DNA of 64,000 bases from a virus, in the IMG/VR virus record IMGVR_UViG_3300009149_000022, positions 9,727 to 73,726 of that record, one strand, 5' to 3'. The notes under the pieces were generated by a model. That model had not been told where the DNA came from. It searched no databases and worked only from the letters and a program-made list of their open reading frames with translations. The position numbers were made by a program, and so were the translations under genes. Shown one piece after another: positions 29,591 to 40,881 of this stretch. Position 1 is the stretch's first letter. Every line of letters starts with the position of its first letter.

Positions 29591-30613
29591 ATGGATAACA
29601 ACAACAAAGATTTGTCACCACAAGAAAAAGCATTACGTGGAATAGACAACGAACCCAATACAACATCAGAAGAAAAAAAAGGTCTTAGTGACTTAGAAAA
29701 TGCAATCAATACTGACCCCGAAGAAAAGGTAAAATCTTTAGGTAAAGTAGAAAGATACGATTATGCAAAAGACTCTACCGAACAAACAGAATTAAAACAT
29801 GGATTCTTTTCTGTTGATGTTTCTGAATTCCCTTCTAAAGGTAGGTTCTACGCAAGAGGAACTAAAGTAAGAATAAAAGCAGCAACAGTTAAAGACATTA
29901 GAACATTTTCAGCATTGGACGAAGATAATCCTTATGAAGTAGATGATGCATTAGTAGAATTATTAAGTAATTGTGTAAAAGTATCATTCCCAGATAAAGT
30001 AGGTTCTTGGAAAGATATACTAGAAGAAGATAGAGTAAGTCTTATATTGAGCATAAGAGAACTTACCTTTGCTGAGGGTGAAAATAAAATAGCATTTAAA
30101 GTTAAATGTGAATCGTGTGGAACCGAAAACGATATGGAAATTATAAATCAAAATTTTCAAAAAAGAGAACTAAACGAAAAAATAGCAAAGTATTATTCAG
30201 AAGATGATAAACAATTTAACATCAAAACAAAAACATATGGTACTATAAACATAAAACCACCGACTATTGGTATTATGAGAGTAGTAAACAAATACATACG
30301 AAGTTTACAAGAAAATAAAGAAAATATAAAGGAATACTTACCATTCTTAAAAACAGTACCATATATGATTGAAGAATGGAGAGGGTTATCTGTTGAAAAT
30401 ATGAGCAATTACCGAATGGAATTTCTTAGGTGGAATACTGACAAATTCTTAACATATAGTAAACTAGTAGAATTGGCACAAATATCCGTTAAAGAAAAAT
30501 TAATGAAACCTTGTACAAAATGTGGAGATCCAATAGAAGCAGATGTTGAACTTCCTACAGGAATAAAAGGATTATTCATTGAAGATGGTATATTAGATGA
30601 TGAGTTGATGTAA
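29591..30613 (+). CDS. Baseplate hub / tail assembly chaperone (gp26-like)
   Basis: PSKGRFY, DR..LILSIRELT, CESC and CTKC, KPPTIG. Confidence 0.75.
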   Translation: MDNNNKDLSPQEKALRGIDNEPNTTSEEKKGLSDLENAINTDPEEKVKSLGKVERYDYAKDSTEQTELKHGFFSVDVSEFPSKGRFYARGTKVRIKAATVKDIRTFSALDEDNPYEVDDALVELLSNCVKVSFPDKVGSWKDILEEDRVSLILSIRELTFAEGENKIAFKVKCESCGTENDMEIINQNFQKRELNEKIAKYYSEDDKQFNIKTKTYGTINIKPPTIGIMRVVNKYIRSLQENKENIKEYLPFLKTVPYMIEEWRGLSVENMSNYRMEFLRWNTDKFLTYSKLVELAQISVKEKLMKPCTKCGDPIEADVELPTGIKGLFIEDGILDDELM

Positions 30614-30629
30614 CATCTAATAATAACAC

Positions 30630-30663
30630 AAAGGACAACCAAAAACTGGTTGTCCTTTTTTTT
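30630..30663 (+). terminator. Intrinsic terminator
   Basis: AAAGGACAACCA...TGGTTGTCCTTTTTTTT. Confidence 0.8.
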
Positions 30664-30672
30664 GATTAAATA
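30664..30672 (+). promoter_or_regulatory. Putative late promoter GATTAAATA (representative copy)
   Basis: (GA)TTAAATA recurs upstream of structural genes on both strands; resembles the T4 late promoter TATAAATA. Confidence 0.7.
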
Positions 30673-30701
30673 AAAAAACTAAATAATATATATATATATA
30701 T

Positions 30702-31031
30702 ATGAAAGCATTAAACGAATTTTTGAACGAATCACAAAAACCAGAAAAATATTGGGACAATATTTTTAAAAAGGCAATAAACAAATTTTCTTATTGGGAA
30801 AAATCAGACGAAAAGGCTGACATCGTAAATAGCATTAGACAAGCATATAATGAATTAGAACTTGATGTTCTTAAAGGTGAAAAGGGTTATGTTGAAATGA
30901 TTGACAACAAAAAATATTGGGACCAACCAAAAGAATATACTAAATTTGCAACAGACATTTGGAATAAACTCAAAGGTAATATATGGGCAAAACAAAACGC
31001 ACTTGAAGATTACTTAGATTGGTTAAAATGA
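30702..31031 (+). CDS. Hypothetical internal-protein-like (leader MKALNEFLNE)
   Basis: Leader resembles the T4 capsid targeting sequence; own promoter and terminator. Confidence 0.7.
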   Translation: MKALNEFLNESQKPEKYWDNIFKKAINKFSYWEKSDEKADIVNSIRQAYNELELDVLKGEKGYVEMIDNKKYWDQPKEYTKFATDIWNKLKGNIWAKQNALEDYLDWLK

Positions 31032-31118
31032 ACTAACATTGCTACTAAATATGAAGACTATCCACAAAGATAGTCTTTTTTGTTTCAGATTAAATATAAT
31101 ACTAATACTAGTATATAA

Positions 31119-31454
31119 ATGGCAACACCAATAGTAAGACTAAGATTGAAAGATATACTGAAATCCTTTCAAATAGATTTAAGAAATTTTTATAAAAATA
31201 GGGTATATGTTCAACATCATTTACACATACAACCATCTGAAATAGATACATTGTGTTACTATGAATATCAATGGATGGTAAAAGACCTTGTTGATATGTT
31301 AAAAGAACAAAATGGCGATAAAACGGGTAGTCAAGATAGTGCAAATGAACAAATGGAAAAAATGAAATCCAACGCAAGTAAATATACTAAATCATATAGC
31401 GGTAATAATTTACCAAAGTTAGGAAACTTTAAAATGCCCAATATGAAGTTTTAA
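31119..31454 (+). CDS. Baseplate/tail chaperone (gp51-like)
   Basis: HLHIQPSEID.L.YYEY pattern; lies between the gp26-like gene and tape measure. Confidence 0.6.
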   Translation: MATPIVRLRLKDILKSFQIDLRNFYKNRVYVQHHLHIQPSEIDTLCYYEYQWMVKDLVDMLKEQNGDKTGSQDSANEQMEKMKSNASKYTKSYSGNNLPKLGNFKMPNMKF

Positions 31455-31468
31455 AATAGTTAATTTAA

Positions 31469-34276
31469 ATGGGTGAAAACTTAGTTGCAGGCATACTAAA
31501 AAATATAGAAAGATTGGCAAATGTTAATATCCAACAAAACGTTGCTATTCTTACTAGTATAAAGAAAACCAATCTTATCTTATCAAGAGAAATAGGTAAA
31601 GAGCTACAAAAACAGACAAAATTATTACAATCAATTGCATAAGCGCTCACTAAAGGTACTTTTGCAAAAATAACACTTTTTGAAAAGGGTGATAAAAGTA
31701 TATCTTCACTTTTTCAAAAAGGCGGTGCAAAAAACATATATTCACTTGCATCTTCAATAGATAAATTAACGGGTTCGCTAACAAAATTTAAGGATACTAT
31801 TAATGAAATAGACGAAAAGAAATTTAAACTTTTTGCATCTCTTTTAGATATGGGGAAAAAGATTTTAATGTTTGCCACTATGACAGCATTGGCAGCACCA
31901 CTTTTGGCTATTGGTTTGATTATAACAATTCCTTTATTATATATGTGGGTCAAATTTTTCAATTGGGTAGGTAACACATCAAAAGAAATAAACAAAGGTG
32001 CTAAAATGTTATTGTATATGGCACTAGCAACTGGTATTGTAACACTAACTGTTATAATGTCAGCATACGCATTAGGTGATCCTGCAAAAACCTTTATGGC
32101 ATTCTTATTAGTTGCTGGTTCAATGTTAATTTTATCTGGTGCATATTATCTAATGTCACTGGTTAGTAAACCACTATCGACAGGTATAAAAACAATGCTA
32201 TTCATGGCACTCACTACCGCAATCTTGGTTGCTATTATTATTGGTGCATCTTATTTGTTAGGTAGTCCGGGAAAAACTTTTGCGGCATTTTTATTAATGG
32301 CGGGTTCTTTGTTAGTTCTATCAGGTGCTTTTTTTATTATTGGAATGTTTAAGGGTAATGTGATTTCAGGTTCAATTGCACTATTAATAGGTTCAGTAGC
32401 ACTAATAGCTATTGGTTTTGCAATCAAAATTTTTATGGACATAAACCCCACTTGGGGAACACTGTTATTAGTAGATGCTGCAATAATTGGTTTGGCAGTT
32501 GCTATGTCTTTTGCGGGTGGTAGTTTTGCATTAATATCATTAGGTGCTATTGGTATTATTATCTCTTCTGTTAGTGTTATGATATTGTCTAAGGCACTCG
32601 AAACGTGGATGGGCGCAAATGTGACTTGGGAAGGTATTGGTATGTTAGGAGCTGCTATAGTAGGTCTAGGTGTTGCTATGGCTGGTTGGGGATTGGGTGC
32701 AATACTTATTATCCCCGGTGCCGCTGCTATGGTTATAGCAGCCACTGGTATGTTCATTTTTACAAAAAGTTTAGTTAATTTTAAAGAGGCTAAGTGGAAA
32801 GATGGTGACACAGATACTATGTTATATTCAATGGATACTATTTTAAGAGGATTTGTTGATATATTTGATGATTTGAGTTATTCCGATATTGCAAAAGCTT
32901 TGGCTGGCACACTATTATTGGGTGAACTAGGAAATTCTATGTCTCAATTTGCACAAGGTGTTGCTGCTATGGCAAAACTACAAGCACCTGAATATGCAGT
33001 AAAAGATGGTAAGTTAGTCTTAGTGGGTACAAAAGCACTAGATCCAGATTTTGCACAAAAAGTAGGTCAAAATATACAAGTAATATTAGATGCTGTCATA
33101 GATCCGTTGGCAAAACTGGGTGCCAATGAGGGATTCTTTTTTGCCGGCCCCGTTGGTAATGGTATTAAATTGTTAGGTAAGTTAGGGAACAGTTTATCTA
33201 ATTTTGCTAGAGGTGTTGCGGCAATGGCAAAATTACAAGTACCTACATATAAAGTTAATGATAAAGGTGATCTGGTATTAGAAAGTGTTGAACCACTAAG
33301 TCCCGATTTCGCACAAAAAATGGGACAAAACATCAAAATGATGGTTGAACCACTAACTGGTTCCAATGGTATATTAGCACAATTAGGAGCACAAGAAGGT
33401 GTTATTTTTAATGGTCCCATCGGAAATGGTATAAACCTACTCGCAAAATTAGGAAATAGTTTATCTGGTTTTGCGGAGGGTGTCCAAGCGTGGGCCAATC
33501 TAACTATTCCAATATATGGAACTAATGAAAAGGGTGAGGTTATAGTAAAAGAATTAAAACCCCTAGACAAAGACTTTGCAACGAAAGTAGGTACAAACAT
33601 AGATATGATTGTTGACGCTTTAATAAACCCAATTAAAAAACTTGGAAAACAAGATGGTGGGTGGTTGTTTAGTTCAGAATTTGAAGATGGTATTGCAATA
33701 TTAGGTAGAATAGGAGAACCACTTAATAATTTGGCACAAGCTGCAAAAACACTAAGCGATATTAATATAAAACCACTCCAATTACAAAAAACAGTTAGTG
33801 GTATTATAGGTTCTTTTGTGAGTGCATTATCTAAAGATGCACTAAAAGACCTTAATGAAAAACAAGGTAAAAAAGTTCTCGATGGTTTTAATTATTTTGC
33901 AAATGCTGTTGAAAAAATGAAAGGTGGTGAAACAGAAAAAGTAGGTGCAATGTTCGTTTCGATGAAAGATTCTATAAATGACATGGATCTAAAGAAACTA
34001 AACAAATTAACAGCACTTGCACAAAATCTTAGCAACTTCGCAAAACATATGAAAGGTTCTTTTGGAGAACTAGAAGGTGTATTAGAAAGATTAGTAGATG
34101 TTGTTAAAGAAATGAACGGTATCCAAATATCGGCGGCAAATACAAACAAACCACAAACAAAAATGGGAGATGTTAAAGTTGACTTATTACCACTAATACA
34201 AGAACTAGATGAAATTAAATCAGTACTATTGTCTGGCATAGAAGTAGAAGTAAAAGAAAACACACTTTCAAGATAA
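31469..34276 (+). CDS. Tape-measure-like protein; N-terminal part interrupted by in-frame TAA at 31640-31642
   Basis: Same frame from ATG 31469 through the 808-aa ORF; Ala/Gly/Leu-rich hydrophobic helices and about 86-aa repeats; follows tail chaperones. Confidence 0.7.
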
Positions 34277-34334
34277 TTTTAATGACAATAGTTCAATATA
34301 ATTAGATTAAATATACTAGAACAATTTAATCGTT

Positions 34335-35129
34335 ATGAAAACTAAAAATTTAAGTTCAACTGATATAGATGATTTATCAGAGTTCATGGAATCTAAACTA
34401 AAACCAAAATACATTATGGAAAAAGAAGGGAGTGTTAAACAATTTAAAACTGATATTTCAGTTTCAAAATTTAAATGTAAAACTAAAAACCAATCAGAAA
34501 TAGTAAAATCAATAACAGACAAAAACACAACAATAACAATAGTACATGGAAAACCCGGCACCGGTAAAACGTTTTCAGCAATACAAGGAGCACTAAAAGA
34601 ATTTAAAACAGGTTCTTATAATAAACTATATCTATGTAAATCAGTAAAAACCATTGATAATAAATCAGAAGATATTGGTTTTTTAAAAGGAACATTAGAA
34701 GAAAAAGTAGCACCGTTTTTGTTTTCGTTTGATTTTAATTTTAAACAAATAATATCACCCATTGTATATGATGCAGCAAGACAAAATGAAATAATAGAAT
34801 TTCTACCACTTGCATATATAAGAGGAATTGGTTTGAATAATTGTGTTATCATACTAGACGAAGCTCAAAATATAAATAATGCAATATTAAGAACCGTGCT
34901 GTCTAGAATTGGTCAAAACTGTAAGCTAATTATACTAGGCGATACACAACAAAAAGATAGTTCTACTGGTCACTCATCCGGTCTAGATTTTTTAATCAAA
35001 CATTTTCAAGATATAAAAGGATTTAGTGTTATTGAAATGACTAAAGAAGATCAAAGTAGAGCAGACATCATAAATGAAATAGAAGATAGGTATGATGAAC
35101 TAGAAAGTAAAGGTACTAAAGTAGCATAA
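34335..35129 (+). CDS. phoH: PhoH-like ATPase
   Basis: GKPGTGKT, IGFLKG, LAYIRG, LDEAQN, RIG, GDTQQKD. Confidence 0.95.
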   Translation: MKTKNLSSTDIDDLSEFMESKLKPKYIMEKEGSVKQFKTDISVSKFKCKTKNQSEIVKSITDKNTTITIVHGKPGTGKTFSAIQGALKEFKTGSYNKLYLCKSVKTIDNKSEDIGFLKGTLEEKVAPFLFSFDFNFKQIISPIVYDAARQNEIIEFLPLAYIRGIGLNNCVIILDEAQNINNAILRTVLSRIGQNCKLIILGDTQQKDSSTGHSSGLDFLIKHFQDIKGFSVIEMTKEDQSRADIINEIEDRYDELESKGTKVA

Positions 35130-35133
35130 AGAC

Positions 35134-35166
35134 AAAAAAAGGGAACTAATTTTAGTTCCCTTTTTT
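35134..35166. terminator. Bidirectional terminator between convergent phoH and endonuclease genes
   Basis: AAAAAAAGGGAACTAA-TT-TTAGTTCCCTTTTTT. Confidence 0.8.
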
Positions 35167-36945
35167 GTTATTCAACTCATATATTTCGTTACCACAATCA
35201 TAGATGCGATAATACCCCCTACTGTGCATAATTTGAACTTCTGTCATTGTATTTGGAAATCCTTGTTCTACTAGTTTTTGTTTTCTGAATTTGAACCTAT
35301 TGAATTTAGAATTTCGATATGCCCAATAGTAACCAACAACAGTTTCACCCACAAAATTAAATCCATTTTTTACATAAACATTACCATTTGAAATATCCCC
35401 ATTAGCATAGCTCATTAATTTTTCAAATTCATAGGTTTTTAAAAAATGTGATAATAATTTACTAAACCCACCCATCACAACACAATTCAATTTACTACAA
35501 AATCTAAGTAATTCTATTTCATTTTTTTTGTTTCTACTTTTACCAAAAGTAACTAAAGTCACTAAACAATTATTGTGATATAACCCCAATCTAATAGATG
35601 AATTACAATATCCCTGAAGGTGATTTTCTATTAGAAAATCTTTACTTTCTTTGTGTGACACTATTCTTATTTCACAACACCTTGCACCTATCTTTTTCTT
35701 AGTCACCCCTAATTTATTTGATATTAGACTTTTGACTATATCTTGACGTTCTCGCCAATCATCTTCCCATATATTTATAAGCAATATGTTATTTTCTTTA
35801 CAAAGTTTTTTCTTATCTTTATGGTATGTTTTCGATGGTTTATTGAATTCCCCATGCCAATATAGTCCATTAAATTCTATACCAATTCGCAAATCTGGTA
35901 GATAAATATCTATAGTTTTTCTACTGTTTGGAATTGGTGTGTTTTCTAGAATATTTCCATCATATACTTTTTTTACATATTCCGTTAACTCTTTTTCTAG
36001 ATTCGAAACCCCCGATTTTTCAACAATTTCAAAATATTCAGAATTACAATTTGGACATATACAAACATCACTATTAACTAAGTTGTTTGTTGTTGTCCTA
36101 TACGATGACCAATCACCTAAACAATTTCCACAAGAAAAAGAAACCTTTTCGGACGAATATTTAGTAATTTTAATCTTCCATTTGCATAGTTTTTCATTCC
36201 AGTTATCTAAAACTATTTTGCGTTTAATTTTTAAATAATTTTTTGGGTTTGGGTATACACTAGTACCATACTTTTCTGTATTTGTAGATATTCGTTTATT
36301 ATTTATGTCTTTTTTTTCCTTTTGTGTTTTTTTAGACCACGATTTTTTTATTTTTTCTTTTATTTCTGGTAGTTGCGTTTTTGATTTTACTCCATACTTT
36401 TCTATGTTTGTTTGTGTGTTGCGCATACATACGTCTTTCCATTCTTTAGAGTTGTAGTATATCTTTTTCAATTGTCTTGCTTCAACAGTATTGGCGGGAT
36501 TCTCAATCCCATATCTTTCTAATGAAGTATTTTTTCGTTTATCTGATATTTTCTTTAATTCTTCTTCTGATTTTGATCCCCAAGTGTTTTTAATTTTTTC
36601 AACATAGGATGTGTTCTTGTATCTGCTCTTATTATCACAAGATCGTGAACAAAAAGAGTTTACTTTAGAAATTGTTATTTTACCAGACTTTTTAATTTTA
36701 TAAGATGCGCTTATTTTCTTCCCACATTCTAAACACTTTGGTTGTTCTAAAATGTCATGTTGCCAATAATAAAAAATAGTTTTAAAGTTTAGCTCACTTT
36801 CTCTTATATCTAATTCGTGTTTACTAGTCCAAATCCATTCTAAAAATGGTTCTAAAAACCCCTTTTTTTCAAATGTCTTGTAATCCTTCTTGTTTAATGA
36901 CGAATCTATTAGTTGGAATTTTTTCTTAAAATCTATATACTTCAT
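35152..36945 (-). CDS. Putative homing endonuclease (Hef-like; Vsr/PD-(D/E)xK core, zinc fingers, EKYG repeats)
   Basis: IDIYLPD..IGIEFNGLYWH, IWEDDW, HLQG, ELLRFC, YDCG; T.LERYG repeats. Confidence 0.85.
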   Translation of the reverse strand: MKYIDFKKKFQLIDSSLNKKDYKTFEKKGFLEPFLEWIWTSKHELDIRESELNFKTIFYYWQHDILEQPKCLECGKKISASYKIKKSGKITISKVNSFCSRSCDNKSRYKNTSYVEKIKNTWGSKSEEELKKISDKRKNTSLERYGIENPANTVEARQLKKIYYNSKEWKDVCMRNTQTNIEKYGVKSKTQLPEIKEKIKKSWSKKTQKEKKDINNKRISTNTEKYGTSVYPNPKNYLKIKRKIVLDNWNEKLCKWKIKITKYSSEKVSFSCGNCLGDWSSYRTTTNNLVNSDVCICPNCNSEYFEIVEKSGVSNLEKELTEYVKKVYDGNILENTPIPNSRKTIDIYLPDLRIGIEFNGLYWHGEFNKPSKTYHKDKKKLCKENNILLINIWEDDWRERQDIVKSLISNKLGVTKKKIGARCCEIRIVSHKESKDFLIENHLQGYCNSSIRLGLYHNNCLVTLVTFGKSRNKKNEIELLRFCSKLNCVVMGGFSKLLSHFLKTYEFEKLMSYANGDISNGNVYVKNGFNFVGETVVGYYWAYRNSKFNRFKFRKQKLVEQGFPNTMTEVQIMHSRGYYRIYDCGNEIYELNNKKGN

Positions 36946-36988
36946 GTGTATATTAAATAGAGTTTTTTGTTATATTATTTATATAAAC

Positions 36989-37021
36989 AAAAAAAGAACA
37001 GTTGGTTTCAACTGTTCTTTT
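36989..37021 (-). terminator. Terminator after the tail tube gene
   Basis: AAAAGAACAGTTG/CAACTGTTCTTTT inverted repeat. Confidence 0.75.
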
Positions 37022-37044
37022 CTATTCATTAAAAGTTATATCTA

Positions 37045-37599
37045 TTATACTTGTTGCTCAGTGAAATAATCTGATCTAAACGTAACTTCCAATTCTAAAG
37101 GTTCGCCACTAGAATAATCTAATGCCAATTCAGGAATATCTCCATTTATGAAACAATCGTGAAACGTTCTTTGCCAGTGAATATCACCAACTCTATTAAA
37201 CATAGTTACTATAATTTTTGCGTCTGAATAATCTTTTTTAAGTCCCATATCACCAGTTAGTGGATTATATCCTATTCTCTTCCAATCTCTTAAAGTTTTG
37301 TATACATACATCTCATTATCATCATTTAGATTAAGAGAAAAATTAATCGCTAAATCAACAACAGTATTAGTAGGAGTTGTACTAAGGTATGATCTTTTAG
37401 CTGTTTTGAATTCTTGTTCAACAGCTTCTTGACCAAGTTCAGTGGTTAAACCACCTATTGTTCTAACATGTTCTAATAGTAACTCACCACCACCAACACC
37501 AGGTGGTGGTAATATCGTCACCTCGAACAAATTTCCCGCGACAAATTCCCATTTGTTAACGGATGCCTTTGAATTTTTGTAGTGTGGTAAACTGGCCAT
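37045..37599 (-). CDS. gp19: Tail tube protein (gp19-like)
   Basis: NLFEV, LRDW...YNPLTG..GLKKDY, LDYSS, VTFRSDY; downstream of the sheath gene. Confidence 0.88.
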   Translation of the reverse strand: MASLPHYKNSKASVNKWEFVAGNLFEVTILPPPGVGGGELLLEHVRTIGGLTTELGQEAVEQEFKTAKRSYLSTTPTNTVVDLAINFSLNLNDDNEMYVYKTLRDWKRIGYNPLTGDMGLKKDYSDAKIIVTMFNRVGDIHWQRTFHDCFINGDIPELALDYSSGEPLELEVTFRSDYFTEQQV

Positions 37600-37678
37600 A
37601 GTATTTTATATTATTTTTATATTGTTTATTTCTTATCTTATTTAATCAATCAAGATTTCCTTTCTTTATTTAATCAAT

Positions 37679-37708
37679 AAAAAAGGCAACCATTAGTGGT
37701 TGCCTTTT
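37679..37708 (-). terminator. Terminator after the sheath gene
   Basis: AAAAGGCAACCA/TGGTTGCCTTTT. Confidence 0.75.
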
Positions 37709-37731
37709 AAAATTTATATTATAGGTTTTAA

Positions 37732-40700
37732 TTATGCTACTGTAAATTCACCAGCTGCGATTGCACCTGTTCTAAGAATAGTAACTCTTTGAACGAGTTT
37801 CCCAAGTCCTCTCACAGGCTCGACTGCTATATCAATGATACCAAAGTCATTATCAATAACTTCTGGAGTGTTATTGACAGTATTCATGACCGTAGTGAAA
37901 TCTACTAATCCCCCGTCATTCAAGATTTGCGATAAGAAACCATCAACCAATGTTTTAATTTCTAATCTTGTTTGTACGGTATTAAATTCCCACCTGTAGT
38001 TTTTCAATATTTGCTCAACAGTTTCTTGAATATATATCAACAATTCCCTAACATGAATACTAGATAGTGCTGATTTTATATTTTGTTGTGCAGTTTGATT
38101 AGCATTGATTACGTTTCCGAATCCTCTACTTGGAACAGTCACATTCAATCCAAATGGTTCAACAGCATCTAAACTGTTTCTATCATATATGTATTCAACA
38201 CCCACTATGTTGTTTCCAGATAGAACACCCCGTCTAGGTCCTGCAATTATAGAATATGGTTGATCTGATCTATACTTAGCCATAAAGTTATTTGAAACAT
38301 ATGCAGCCGGTGGTACTAGTTTAGTACTTGGACCTTCTCTCAATACTAAGTAAGGGTGATAAAATCCACAATAGTTAGAACCTTGGTTTAGTGAGGGTAA
38401 TGAAAACGTATTACTAGGGTTGAAATCTTGATTTCCTCCCGTTGCAACATACCTTGGGTCATAATCACTTCTACTATTAAATTTAAATAGTGGATTTGTG
38501 GAATCGTCTAGTTGTTTAACCGAAGGTGCGTTCAATATCGCAAATGCAAACTTTCTATCTTTACATAGTGAAGACAATACATTTTTACTACTAGGTTCTA
38601 TTAACCCATCAAACGTATCTACTATATATCTAAAGATAATAGCTTCTTTATCTGCTAATGTGCTATATAAACCAGTGTTTGTTAACACATTCATTATTTC
38701 GTTTTGTCTCAACGCTGTTCCATTAGGTATTTGCGCCTCTCGCATTGTGAATCCATCAAGACCTTGAACATTATAATTAGTAACAAAGTTTTGAACTGAT
38801 TTGTATCTTTCCACTTCATCATTAGACGTGCCAAAAAATACCGGATCAATTGTTTTAACGGTCACAACTTGTGTATCTGTATTTTCTTTAACAGATTCTA
38901 CTCTTGTGAATCGAGATTCCCCTGTTCTAGGATCAAATTTAGTTTTAGTTGCACCATCATCAAAACTTCTAACTAAGAAATCTGTTGGTTTGATGTCACC
39001 TAGACTATAAATACTAGTTGCACCTACACTATAACTGAATTCGTAATCATTAATCTTGTTTACAGTAAATGTTTGATTGATTGCACCAGCTAGTGATTTG
39101 ATATTCATAACAATACTATTTGCCGCTGTATCTACGGGTGTTAGTGTGTAATATGTTATTTGATGTGACAGTTTATCTGTACTCAATAGTCCATCTAATC
39201 CATCCCCAGTAGAACCATCTGCAACTTTAGAAATGATACTAAATTCTTCATAAGAACCACCGGTTACTTGTACAGTATCCCCACTAGACAACACACCACT
39301 CAAATAATCTTCACCAGATTCAGATGTTTGTGTAAATACATACGATCCAGAATCTAATGTTTGAATGGCAATTTCGTTATATTCATTTACTGTTTTATCA
39401 GTACTAGTACTAATACTAGAACCATCAATAAACAATGTTTCTGTTCCCGCATCATTAGTTGGGTATATTTGAATACTAATTTTATCAGTTCCCAAGGACA
39501 CATCTTTAACTAGAGCCAAAGTTGTGGTTCCCGCAGTTGAACCCGTTGCACCTACAATAGATGAACAAGCAACAAAACTAGTATTTTCGATAACATTTAT
39601 CGCCCACACACTCCATGCTGTATTATCAGCAAATAAACTAGTACCGCCAGGGGCATTTGTATCGGTCGATGTTGGACTATAAACTGTTATAGTATCATAT
39701 TTTCCAGTACCACCGTATGCGTTTGTGTCTGTTATTGACAGTTGTGCATTTGCAGCACCACTATAAGATGTTGCACCATAATTATCAATTGTGTTTGCTG
39801 TGAATGATAATTCTTGTGAATCATAATCTTCTGCTGTATATGATAAGTTTTCTTTAATAGTTCCTAAGTAAGATAAATAATCAATTTTACTTAACGTAGG
39901 CGAACCTTCAATTGTTCCACCTAATAGATCAATTGTAGAACCACTTAAAAATGTATTACCATCAAATAAGTCTTCGTCTATTGCGCAATATAAACCAGTA
40001 AATGCGGTTTCTAAATTAACTAAGTCTTGAATGAATAAATCATTACCATCCGCGTCTTGGAAATTCGGTATTAAAACACCCGTATATTCTCCTAGTGAGA
40101 CAACATTGGGGTTTTCTAATAAGGCAACTAACCCATCCCTTGAATTACCATTAGAATCTGTAAAAGTTTTCTTGATACCGTTTGTATCAAAGTAATCTCC
40201 TAATAGTGGATCTACCGATAGTTTTTCAAAATCAGTATAATCACCTTTAATGATATTAACCCTCACACAATAATCATTGATGTAATCTGATCCATCCATA
40301 AACTCGGGAACGTCAGCCTCACCATACCAATCATCTGCTGTGATGTTTAATCCCTGTATTCTATCATGTGTTACAATAACAGATAGGGTTGTTCTACCAA
40401 CATTTACAAAATTTAACAAAGATTTTGTAAACCCTTCTTGGTTGTTTATGTTTCTTAGTGTTTTTTCAGTATCTAAACGCCAAAACTTACTAGTGTTGAA
40501 GTTTCCAGAAATTGGTGCGAAACCAGTTCTTTGATTTTTTTCTTTTGCCGATGTTGAAAAACTAATAAATTCAGTTTTGTCTAAATCATTGTCTAAATTT
40601 AACAAATTTAAAGCTATAATTGGAGAGTCTAACAACATTTCTTGCGCACTTAGGTGAAAATAAGAACCTTTCTTTTCTAATTGCTTGTCTCTTTTACCAT

Positions 40701-40881
40701 ATACGTTTTCAAAAAACGCATAATCTTGACAAAAGACGGGTGTGTTAAATGGTCCAACTTTACTGAAACCTATAATCATTCTTATAGTTGCAGTAGAAGT
40801 AGTCACAATTTGTGACCTGTCAAATTCGAAGGTATAAATACCACTCGAACGTATATTGGATAAATAAACTGGTAGTGCCAT
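37732..40881 (-). CDS. gp18: Contractile tail sheath protein (gp18-like)
   Basis: SSGIYTFE.D, GPFNTP, VPPAAYV, AGPRRG, HVRELL, NNTPEVID. Confidence 0.93.
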   Translation of the reverse strand: MALPVYLSNIRSSGIYTFEFDRSQIVTTSTATIRMIIGFSKVGPFNTPVFCQDYAFFENVYGKRDKQLEKKGSYFHLSAQEMLLDSPIIALNLLNLDNDLDKTEFISFSTSAKEKNQRTGFAPISGNFNTSKFWRLDTEKTLRNINNQEGFTKSLLNFVNVGRTTLSVIVTHDRIQGLNITADDWYGEADVPEFMDGSDYINDYCVRVNIIKGDYTDFEKLSVDPLLGDYFDTNGIKKTFTDSNGNSRDGLVALLENPNVVSLGEYTGVLIPNFQDADGNDLFIQDLVNLETAFTGLYCAIDEDLFDGNTFLSGSTIDLLGGTIEGSPTLSKIDYLSYLGTIKENLSYTAEDYDSQELSFTANTIDNYGATSYSGAANAQLSITDTNAYGGTGKYDTITVYSPTSTDTNAPGGTSLFADNTAWSVWAINVIENTSFVACSSIVGATGSTAGTTTLALVKDVSLGTDKISIQIYPTNDAGTETLFIDGSSISTSTDKTVNEYNEIAIQTLDSGSYVFTQTSESGEDYLSGVLSSGDTVQVTGGSYEEFSIISKVADGSTGDGLDGLLSTDKLSHQITYYTLTPVDTAANSIVMNIKSLAGAINQTFTVNKINDYEFSYSVGATSIYSLGDIKPTDFLVRSFDDGATKTKFDPRTGESRFTRVESVKENTDTQVVTVKTIDPVFFGTSNDEVERYKSVQNFVTNYNVQGLDGFTMREAQIPNGTALRQNEIMNVLTNTGLYSTLADKEAIIFRYIVDTFDGLIEPSSKNVLSSLCKDRKFAFAILNAPSVKQLDDSTNPLFKFNSRSDYDPRYVATGGNQDFNPSNTFSLPSLNQGSNYCGFYHPYLVLREGPSTKLVPPAAYVSNNFMAKYRSDQPYSIIAGPRRGVLSGNNIVGVEYIYDRNSLDAVEPFGLNVTVPSRGFGNVINANQTAQQNIKSALSSIHVRELLIYIQETVEQILKNYRWEFNTVQTRLEIKTLVDGFLSQILNDGGLVDFTTVMNTVNNTPEVIDNDFGIIDIAVEPVRGLGKLVQRVTILRTGAIAAGEFTVA

